The notes under the pieces are model-generated. The model saw nothing but the letters and a program-made list of their open reading frames with translations. It ran no database searches and was not told the DNA's origin. The translations under genes and the position numbers were made by a program. Shown piece by piece: positions 48,825 to 57,336 of a DNA stretch of 64,000 nucleotides. Location of the stretch: the NCBI GenBank assembly GCA_010356995.1, contig ML996708.1, positions 310,001 to 374,000 of the forward strand, in the 5' to 3' direction. The stretch is from Trichodelitschia bisporula (taxonomy: Eukaryota). Within the stretch, counting starts at the first letter, position 1. Each line of letters begins with the position of its first letter.

Positions 48825-51185
48825 CTACCAAAGCACCTCCGCCTCAACAACCGTCTCAAACTGCCTCCTCCCCGGCCACGGAAACAACCGCCGATGCCAC
48901 GTCCGCACAAACCTCCCCGCCTCCCCCCCCTCCCCAAACGCAACAATCCACCTCCGTCCCCCCCCTCCCTGTTCAGCCTCCCTCCCCACCGGCGCCATAT
49001 CCACCGCTATCAACGGCTCCGGCGCCCAAAGACCCCACCCCACACCCCTCCCCTTCCCATCCGCCCCAATCGCATCCCACAAATCGCCATAGCTCGGCTG
49101 CGGGCCAGTAAAGCTGAGCAGTACTTGTGCTAAGCCTGCGCGGCCCTGGCCTACTACTTGTGCGTAACCACCGGCGGCGAAGAGTGCGGCTTTGTGCGCG
49201 CTGAACGGTGTGTTGAGTAGCGTGAGGTGCGGCACGTCGCGCGCGGCGTCGAGCGCATACGTCGCGAGCGCTTCGCCGACATCGATCCCGCGGCGCGTCA
49301 ATGCGCCGGGCGGAGGCGGAGGCGCGGAGGCCAGGGATGTAGGCGTATGCAGTCGCACCAGATGCGCCAGGGTCATGACGTGGGCTTGGTAGGCCTTTGC
49401 CGCGGCGGGCGAGGCGAAGACCAGGTAGTACGTCCCTTGGTCGCGTTGGAGGGACCATGGGTCGCGGCGGGGGAAGACGGTTATAAAGTCGGTGGTGGGT
49501 GAGGGGGCCCAGTCTGAGGTTGAGGGGCGGGGGATTAGGCGGCGGAAGTCGTCGGGGGTTAGGCATGGGTTGTTGCTGCGGAATTCGAGCACGGCTAAGT
49601 CGTTGGTGGGTTTGGGAGGGGGAGTAGGTGGGGAGGGGATGGATGGAGCTGTGTGGGACTTGTGGGGTGTTGGAGGAGGGGTGCTTGGGAGAGGGATTCG
49701 TGGGACGGAGATGTCTTCGTCTTCGTATTCCTCCTCGTCGAGGATGGGTTCGGCCGGAGGTGGTAAGGCGGTGGCTTGTTCGGGGAAGAGCTCCATGAGG
49801 AGGGAATTATTTGAGGACTGTTTCTTAGTCGAGGGCCGGGAAGACGGAGGGGTGGGTGATCTTTGCTTTCTGCTGCGAGGCCGTGATGACTCGGGTTCCG
49901 GCTGTGATGACTTGGATTCCGGCTGCGTCGTGGTAGAGGACTCAGCCGCTACCGAGCCGGCAGCCGACTTCAACGTCCCCTGCCGCCGCCGTGCCATCTG
50001 TATGCGAGCGGTGCGGGTCTCCTTCGCGCGGCGACGGCGGCGGAGAATGCCGGGTAACAGTCGTTGCACCTGGCGAGCCACCAGTAGTTGTATCCGGCGA
50101 ACCTGCCTGCGGCGGGAGGAAATCTTAGTCTGGGTCCGCGAGGCGGTATGGGAATGCAAGCTGACCTTCTCCTCCTTAGCCGGACTCTTCAGCTTTGTCT
50201 CCTCACCGAAGTCCATGGGTGAGATAGACCAGAATTCATCCGCCATGCTCGAAGACGTGGGGTCCGGTTTCGAGCTCTCCTTTTGCGATGGGTCTCTCTC
50301 CTGCTGCGCGCTGTTGTACATCCCTCCTACCCACGGCCCCACCGCTTCGCCTTTATTCGGGTTGCTCGGTACTTTTTCAAAGAGAGGCAGATCCTTCATG
50401 ACATCCACATTGTTGCGCCGGGTAGGAAGCCCGCCATGAACCGGTCCCACCTCCTTTAGGATATCCCGCACAACCGTCCGCTTCTCACCCCCCTTCTTGA
50501 TCGCAAACATCCCATCACCCTTCGTAACATGTTTCCAAATCCGCGGTGCGGGAGCCTCCGTCATCGTTCCCGTATCCGCCTTGATCTTCACCTTCCAAGT
50601 CCGCGGTACGGGAGCCACCACCATCGTTCCCATGCGCGCCTTGCTGTCTACCATCCGAATCTGCGGTGCGCGACCCCTCGGCATCGTTCCCGTATCCACC
50701 TTGCCCTCCACCTTCCGAATCCGCGGCGTGGGAGCCTCCGTCATCGTTTCCGTATCCGCCTCGCTCTTCCCCTCCTCCCCGTCAGCACTATCCTCTCTCT
50801 CCTCGCCATCAGCCTCATTCCTCCCCCCCACCACTATCCTCCTGACCCCAAGCCTCTTCAGTAGCTCACGATCCGGTCGCAACTCATCCAGCCTCCTCCC
50901 CAGCACCAGACGCTTGAACGGCGGGAGCAGGCCATCCTCGTCCAATACGGCGGGATCCTGGGCAGGCGGGGTCAAGGTACTATCGGACGCGTAGCGACGG
51001 ACTATAAAAGCCGACAAGTCCGCAGAAGCCCCATCGGTCTCGCTACCATCCCCATCCCGCACAAGTCGTCGAATCGAGAGCGAAAACGGCGCGCGGAGTC
51101 CATTGCGCCGCACAGTGCGCAAGCGGAGCCCTCCCCATGGCAGCAGCGGGTGCTTAGGGGTCTGCACAAGTCGGGTACGGAGCAT
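48825..51185 (-). CDS. Conserved hypothetical protein, probably mitochondrial; disordered N-half and folded C-terminal region
   Basis: Intronless ORF. The first in-frame ATG (51185) starts an Arg-rich, acid-free presequence-like MLRTRLVQTPKHPLLPWGGLRLRTVRR. The C-terminal 250 aa look globular (DFRRLIP, YYLVFASPAAAKAY, RWIVAF). Confidence 0.75.
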   Translation of the reverse strand: MLRTRLVQTPKHPLLPWGGLRLRTVRRNGLRAPFSLSIRRLVRDGDGSETDGASADLSAFIVRRYASDSTLTPPAQDPAVLDEDGLLPPFKRLVLGRRLDELRPDRELLKRLGVRRIVVGGRNEADGEEREDSADGEEGKSEADTETMTEAPTPRIRKVEGKVDTGTMPRGRAPQIRMVDSKARMGTMVVAPVPRTWKVKIKADTGTMTEAPAPRIWKHVTKGDGMFAIKKGGEKRTVVRDILKEVGPVHGGLPTRRNNVDVMKDLPLFEKVPSNPNKGEAVGPWVGGMYNSAQQERDPSQKESSKPDPTSSSMADEFWSISPMDFGEETKLKSPAKEEKVSLHSHTASRTQTKISSRRRQVRRIQLLVARQVQRLLPGILRRRRRAKETRTARIQMARRRQGTLKSAAGSVAAESSTTTQPESKSSQPEPESSRPRSRKQRSPTPPSSRPSTKKQSSNNSLLMELFPEQATALPPPAEPILDEEEYEDEDISVPRIPLPSTPPPTPHKSHTAPSIPSPPTPPPKPTNDLAVLEFRSNNPCLTPDDFRRLIPRPSTSDWAPSPTTDFITVFPRRDPWSLQRDQGTYYLVFASPAAAKAYQAHVMTLAHLVRLHTPTSLASAPPPPPGALTRRGIDVGEALATYALDAARDVPHLTLLNTPFSAHKAALFAAGGYAQVVGQGRAGLAQVLLSFTGPQPSYGDLWDAIGADGKGRGVGWGLWAPEPLIAVDMAPVGREAEQGGGGRRWIVAFGEGGEAGRFVRTWHRRLFPWPGRRQFETVVEAEVLW
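50524..50762 (-). repeat. Coding minisatellite, 4 x 60 bp (20 aa)
   Basis: ADTETMTEAPTPRIRKVEGK / VDTGTMPRGRAPQIRMVDSK / ARMGTMVVAPVPRTWKVKIK / ADTGTMTEAPAPRIWKHVTK. The 60-bp period is visible as vertical alignment of lines 50521-50701. Confidence 0.9.
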
Positions 51186-51654
51186 CAAGCGGGCGTGTGC
51201 GTCGAGGTCGCGTCGTGAAAGCGCATACCCAAAAGTGCTTCGCTCAAGACCCGACGTCGGTCCATCAGGCACCAGGGCACCCACAAAAATATTCGCAAGG
51301 CAGCGACGGGGCCACCCACACTAGCCGCTTCGGGACTGGTACGGAGCGGGTCAGCGCCTTCTCCACCCTTGCCGTCATCGGGCGGCTGTCTGGGTCATGT
51401 CAGCTTTGCCTGCGACGTCAGCATCGGCATCAGCGTCGCTTCTCCCTGATTTCAGCTCCGTCGACAACTTCAACTACATCTTCCACGTCGACTCCGCAGT
51501 CACCCGCATCGCCGTTCACAGCGCCCGCACGCCTCCATCCACCGCCCTCATTAGCGCCGTCATTCGAACACCTCGCCTCGCCTCGCCCCTCAATGCGCGC
51601 TTACCCCACCACCTACCACACACACACCACAAAACAACAGACTACTTCATCACG

Positions 51655-52302
51655 ATGCTGATCCTCCCACGCACCACCTTCTCCCCTCCGCCGCTCCGCC
51701 GCGCCCTCTCCCTAACCCACCACACCCTCATGCGCCGGGACTCGCACTCCCCCTCCGGCTGGGTAATGGCCCTAACCGCCTTCCTCGTCATCTCGCTCAT
51801 CGGCCTCCTAATCTGGGGCGCCATAATCCTCCTCCGCCGCCGGCGCGGCAACACCAGCTCCACCCCCCTCATGCCCAATGCCCCCTTCTCCACGCCCCAG
51901 ACCGGGCCTTTCGCCTGGCTCTCGCGCCTGAACCCCCGCAGCCGTTCCCGCGCCCAGGGGGTCGGGTTCGAGCCCGCCTCTCGCCGCGGAGCAGACGACG
52001 AAGCATGGGATGCGCGCGTGGATGATCCGTACGGTGGGCGCGAGGAACAGGAGTTGGGCTTGAGAGGCCCGACGGGGTATGAGGGCGCTGGGTACGTGGC
52101 GGAAGGGTTCGAGCGGCCGGCTGTGGTGGGGGGAAGCAGGGTTGAGGATCCGTTTGGGGATGAGAATAGGGCGGTGCATGCTGAGGATCCGTTTGCGGAT
52201 GCGAATGCGGCGGGGCGGGTGAGGGGGGTTAGTCCGCGGCCTGTGGAGGGGGGGAAAGGGAGTCCGACTGAGAGGCGGAGTTTGTTTAAGGAGAATGTGT
52301 AG
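51655..52302 (+). CDS. Small single-pass membrane protein of unknown function
   Basis: TM GWVMALTAFLVISLIGLLIWGAIILL followed by RRRR; tail with DDEAWDARV, DPF x2 and C-terminal RRSLFKENV. Start is 51655 or 51730. Confidence 0.75.
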   Translation: MLILPRTTFSPPPLRRALSLTHHTLMRRDSHSPSGWVMALTAFLVISLIGLLIWGAIILLRRRRGNTSSTPLMPNAPFSTPQTGPFAWLSRLNPRSRSRAQGVGFEPASRRGADDEAWDARVDDPYGGREEQELGLRGPTGYEGAGYVAEGFERPAVVGGSRVEDPFGDENRAVHAEDPFADANAAGRVRGVSPRPVEGGKGSPTERRSLFKENV

Positions 52303-52442
52303 GAGGGAAGGGTGGCTCGGGGTGGACATGGCCGGTTAGTGTGAACACGGCGGCAAGGCGCGTGATATCAGGTTCCTGGGGTTTGGGTCGGTTGGGAGGT
52401 TAGGGGATTCGGGTTCTTCCTTTCCTACTGCTACGATACGAG

Positions 52443-54404
52443 TTATGCCTCCTTGCTGTCTTCTCCCAACAGCGCAAACTTGTTCTCCGTCTTCTTGCTC
52501 GCTGGCTTTGGTTTCTGTGCCTCCCCCTCCAGTGTCTGCTTCCGTTTCCGCTTCCTCTCCTTCTTCCCCTCAGGCTCAGGGTACATACCCCGCTCCACGC
52601 CCAAGACATCATACATCTGATCCAGAAAGGCCTCCACATCCCCACGCACCTCCTCAACCGGCTCATCACACAACGCAGCAACACCAGGCATCTCCCCATC
52701 CGACTCCGGCTCCCACCCCGTATCCGCCTTCTTCCCAAACAGGCGCTGAACCTGCCTTCTGAACCTACAAGCCCAAAGCGCGCCCTGCACCTGCGCCGCA
52801 AAGTGCAAGCGGTCCCAATCGCCCCTCATCCGCCCACAAATCACATCCCTCAACTCCCCGCGATCTGGCAAATTCCGTTCGTTATCCGCCATCCAAGCAC
52901 ATGCGATCCCCACACCCAGCGCGCGCCACGCCGCAGGCTCATCGAGTCCCGCCTTCCTAGCATTCGCCAGATGAAGCCAAAACGTCTCCTCTTCCAGCGC
53001 ACAGTGGTCCACTGTACGGGAAGGAGCGCCGCATGCGCGGTGCGGCCCTTCAATCGTCCTGCCATCGGGCAAAACGATGTTGTAAACCGCGGCGCGAATC
53101 CGGGCGGAAGCGTCCCATGCGGACACGCGGGTCGAGTCTTCGAGGAGAACGGGGAGAAACATGTTGGGTACGATCTCATCACAAGCCCACTTACTATTAG
53201 GGTCATAATCCGAATCGGCCTTTGCCTCTGCCTCGTCCAGTGCAATCCCGCCCTCGATGATCCACTCCGACACCCGCGCGTCCAACCACCTCCTCTCCGG
53301 GCAGTCCCAATATTGAGGTATGGAAGAGGGGATATCGTAATCCCTCTTCCAATCGTGAAACAGGCCTATAGGAGAATTATTCATCCGCTTCGCCTTCTCG
53401 GCGTACCCGGTTTTGCCCTCAACAGCTCCGCGGCCGCGATCACGCGAAACCATATACGCAAGGCTCAGGAGACTTTTCAACTTGAACCGCGCCGCAACCT
53501 CAGCAGGCATGAACTTCCGCGCGGTCAGAGTAGTCCGCCCACCCTCCTCATTAAGCTGGAAGGTCGAAAGCAGTGTCACGCCTCCATTGCCGACGTCGTG
53601 GATGAGTAAATCAGAGTCCCCGCTCACGATCATCCCATTACATTTCCGTGCCGCAAGCACGCAGTACCCGTCCGCCTCACCTGGAACGGTCCGCGTGACC
53701 TTCGCCCAGGGAGAAAGGCGGAGGGAGTCTTGAACAGCTGCTACTAGGAACGGCGGGTGAGGAACCGAGCTTTTTCCCAATATTGGTATGTTGAACATCT
53801 CTGGCCCCAGTCTGGATCCCAACACCGGCGCAGGTAGCGCGAGTACATTGTCGGGAGCGTGGCGCAGCATAGCAAGTTGGTCCATCAGCACTGCCTGCCG
53901 CCCACGTCGCGTCGATAGCTTGGCATACGGGAGCCTGCCGTCGAAAAATACATGCCGCACAACACCTCCGTGTGCCTCGAGCACGCGCAAGAAATCCAGT
54001 GCCGCAGCCGCGATGGCCGCATATGACGGGAAGGCGGGCCGAGAGGCCGCGAACGTGAGATGGTAGGCGTGGAAGGCGAGAGCGGGGCCGTCAATGACCA
54101 GAGGGATCGAGGTCGGCCCGGGGGTGACAGAAGTAAGCCCCGGAGTCACGGCGGTAGGATTAGGGTTGGTGGAAACGGCTGTACGTGTGCTTCCATGCCT
54201 TCCAGAAGCAGCGGGTGCATCCGATCTGCGCGGCGCTGACTCGCCGGGAAATTTCTCCGGAGTTGACTCGCGTGGCCTCGCATTTGGCGCGTCATGTTCG
54301 GACCTAATGTTGACGTCGCCTGTCGACGACGTATCCACCACGCGCGGAAACACCAGCGGCTGAGCGTAAGGAGCGAGTAACGTGGTCAGGTTCGGTATAC
54401 CCAT
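52443..54404 (-). CDS. Asteroid-like PIN/XPG-family nuclease
   Basis: N-terminal MGIPNL, acidic active-site motifs VIDGPALA, FFDG, GEADGYC, SGDSDLL; basic NLS-like KKERKRKRK near the C-terminus. Confidence 0.85.
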   Translation of the reverse strand: MGIPNLTTLLAPYAQPLVFPRVVDTSSTGDVNIRSEHDAPNARPRESTPEKFPGESAPRRSDAPAASGRHGSTRTAVSTNPNPTAVTPGLTSVTPGPTSIPLVIDGPALAFHAYHLTFAASRPAFPSYAAIAAAALDFLRVLEAHGGVVRHVFFDGRLPYAKLSTRRGRQAVLMDQLAMLRHAPDNVLALPAPVLGSRLGPEMFNIPILGKSSVPHPPFLVAAVQDSLRLSPWAKVTRTVPGEADGYCVLAARKCNGMIVSGDSDLLIHDVGNGGVTLLSTFQLNEEGGRTTLTARKFMPAEVAARFKLKSLLSLAYMVSRDRGRGAVEGKTGYAEKAKRMNNSPIGLFHDWKRDYDIPSSIPQYWDCPERRWLDARVSEWIIEGGIALDEAEAKADSDYDPNSKWACDEIVPNMFLPVLLEDSTRVSAWDASARIRAAVYNIVLPDGRTIEGPHRACGAPSRTVDHCALEEETFWLHLANARKAGLDEPAAWRALGVGIACAWMADNERNLPDRGELRDVICGRMRGDWDRLHFAAQVQGALWACRFRRQVQRLFGKKADTGWEPESDGEMPGVAALCDEPVEEVRGDVEAFLDQMYDVLGVERGMYPEPEGKKERKRKRKQTLEGEAQKPKPASKKTENKFALLGEDSKEA

Positions 54405-57336
54405 GATCGTGGCGGCCAGACGGGGTAAACAGATAACAACGCGAACAAGAATGCGCACAGCAACGCGGGCGCGTCACTCACGCGTGTATATGCGAAGCCA
54501 GGTCGAAATACCCAGCAAAGCCAGCCCGACGGGATGTCCCGTCGTCGGCGCCCGGCGTTGACGCGTGGAGCCGACCCGGCCGGTCAAACGCCGAGTCGCG
54601 TCGATGCTAGCTTGTTGGACGTCAGCCCTGGCAACACAAGCGCGGCGCGATTACGTCGCTGGCGCGGGAGTCATTTCCGACTCGTGGCGTCGCGGTAGGG
54701 AATGACGTCCAGGGTTACTTACAGGGTACGTCGATCGCGGGCAGGATGTACCGGCTGCCGGCTCGGTTCGCGGCGATTCACGGCGCGCACAGCAGTTGAG
54801 TCGTTTGTAGAGCTGTTAATCTCGTCGCTGAAGGGACGTTAACGACGGACAACGTCAGTAACCGTTTTTGATGGGCATACCGTCGCTAATCAGCGGCCGT
54901 CTGCTTCCGTCGGTAACGGCACGTGATACAAGTATTTTACCCCAAGTACAGGTAGTATGCGCCACTTTACGTGGCTTGGTGCTTCTAATTAGAACTAGCT
55001 CCTTCATAATTAGGCCGGAATCGTGAGCGATGCCGAATGTCTTCTGATAACGTTGTAGACATACGTCTAGCCTCCGTCATTAAGACGTCTGCGTCCGTCC
55101 GTCTGTCATCATCTTAACAGCTCTAGTCGTTTGTCGTGCGAATTTGCTTGATCCGTTCGTGTGCGGAAATTACGCCGTGCAGGCCGTTTGTCGTTGTGGT
55201 ATGGCGGGGGTAGGGTGGAGCCAGGGTGGTCCCGGAGGATGCTCCCACCACTTCTACACTAACCTTGGTGATTATATCGGCAGAATTATCACAGTACTGC
55301 AGTCCGGGCCTGATATCTCGAGCAAGTGCTGTACGACCAAATTGAAGTGACTGTTGTCAATTGCTTCGGCGATGTCGCGGCGGTTGTCCCTCAGAGTTCT
55401 TTCCCGGAAGTCGTGCAAGTACCCAGACCATACTCGTCGTTTGTCGTATCCGTTTCTAAATCTGTCTTGATATACGGAGTACGCGTATGACTTGCTGACT
55501 GCGGAAAGTTATGGCTGAGTCGGTGGGGAAAGAGAGTCTACTGTAGTTGTCAGATGCCATGCTTCTAATTGAACTGGAGGCTGGTGATGTGAGGAAGTTG
55601 GTGACGTCGGTACATGGAGGTTGCGATGACAGCCATTGTGCTTGCATACCGGGCGGTGAGAGAAAAGAACCACTCAAAGGTAGCTCCTGCCGTACCAGCA
55701 GTACGTTGTACTACCGGTTCTACATAAGGTCACCCTTGTCCGGTAGGGCGGGGGCAGACAGAGGTTGTTGACCGAGAGTTGGGCGGATTCTGGATCGGCT
55801 CTACTTGTTGCTAAGCTTCGCCTTGTTGTACGTAGTGAAGCTAGTCCACCACGAGCGTACACGACGCGTGGATTGTCAGACGTACAAGCTCACTGTTTCG
55901 GCGAGTCGTCGGCTTTCGGGCAGAAAGAGAGAGGGTGTGCTTGTGTGAGAGTGATGGAGAGGCGGAGAGGCGGAGAGGCGGAGACACGGAGTCACGGGAG
56001 ATAACACCGTTGAGATAGAGCAAGAGAGCGCGCGGTCGATCGGCTCGACTCCGGTTGGATCGACTTTGCTAGGGCTACGGGGATTATGGCCGAAGTCTTG
56101 TTATGGAATGAATTATTGCTAGAAGAACCAAGGCAGAGAGAAAGAGCGGGAGAAGGGAGCGGGAGACAGGGCTGAGTTCTTGTTGCTACAGTACCGTAGT
56201 ACATCCGGCCTACGGATGTAAATTATTTCCCTCTCCTAGTCTGGATAAACCATGTATGTCGTTCCTGATTCCTGTCAGATCCTGTTCCTGTTCCTGGCTG
56301 CGTTTGGCTTCGGACCTGCATTGCCCAACGCAGGCAGCGCTTCCGTATGCCGTCTGTTTGGAATGACTGGGGGTTGGTGGATGGGTGGAGGGGTGTGACG
56401 GCAGTTGCATGGACGCGCTCGACCTTCGCGCCTTTTAGCAGGGCGCGAAAGATGAAGAGTGTGGGGGAGAAAAAGAAAATGAGCCATGGGGTGGTATCCA
56501 CTTCAACACACACAACTTTGGTTCCATCGAGTATAGATATCCACTTCTGCTCCATAAGAATACTCCATAGACGCCATGCTCCACTGTAAACATGTCAACA
56601 AGCAACAGTAAACACTCAACGAGTAAACAAACAGAGAAAAGCTGCAAGACATCGTCAGTCGTTGATCGTCACGCGCGTCGTCAATAATCATCGTGAGAGA
56701 GTAACCAAAGACAAGAGAAGGCCAATCATCTCGCATCGGTCAACTCTTCAAGCCACCGAGGTTCTCTTTTACTAGCATCTCTTTGCCCAAGCAAGCATTT
56801 GCCTGTGGTGGAAAAGAGAGCAGCGAAAAGAAGCAGTGCGAGAAGAGATTAAACGCCAGAACGCCTCCGTCTTGGCACCCTTTGGACCTTGCTCGCATCC
56901 CTCATCTCGTCCTCCTCGTCCCTCCTTCCCAACCACACAACTTCTCTCACTCGCTCTCTCGTGTACCAACTCCACTTCTTCCTCAACATCTCTCATCCAA
57001 AGAGACTGATGCGACCAATCTATTTCCGAACAGTCCTACCCCAACGCCGCTGACTTCGTCGTTCCATTCCTTTTCTCCAGCCGATCGCTCTCCTGCTTCC
57101 ATCCGCCGCCAAGTCGAACGCCGCCCGTCTCACCTTGACCTCACCCACCACTCGCTGCCTGAAGGCCCGTCTGTCTCTTTCGCACAGCCTCTGCCTAGCT
57201 CACGCCCGACTCTCCTGCCTCTCATCCGAGGTCAATCCCTTCTTCGACTTCGCCAATCTCGCACCGGGAATGCTCGCAAGCGAATTGCTCTCCCTAAACG
57301 CCCGGATGGGTTGACGACTGACCCAGAACCCCCGCC

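Noticed and set aside
50524..50762. Regular repeats as a CRISPR-like array (also considered for 37678-37945)
   Set aside because: Eukaryotic context; the repeats are contiguous in-frame coding units or inverted arms, with no unique spacers and no cas genes.
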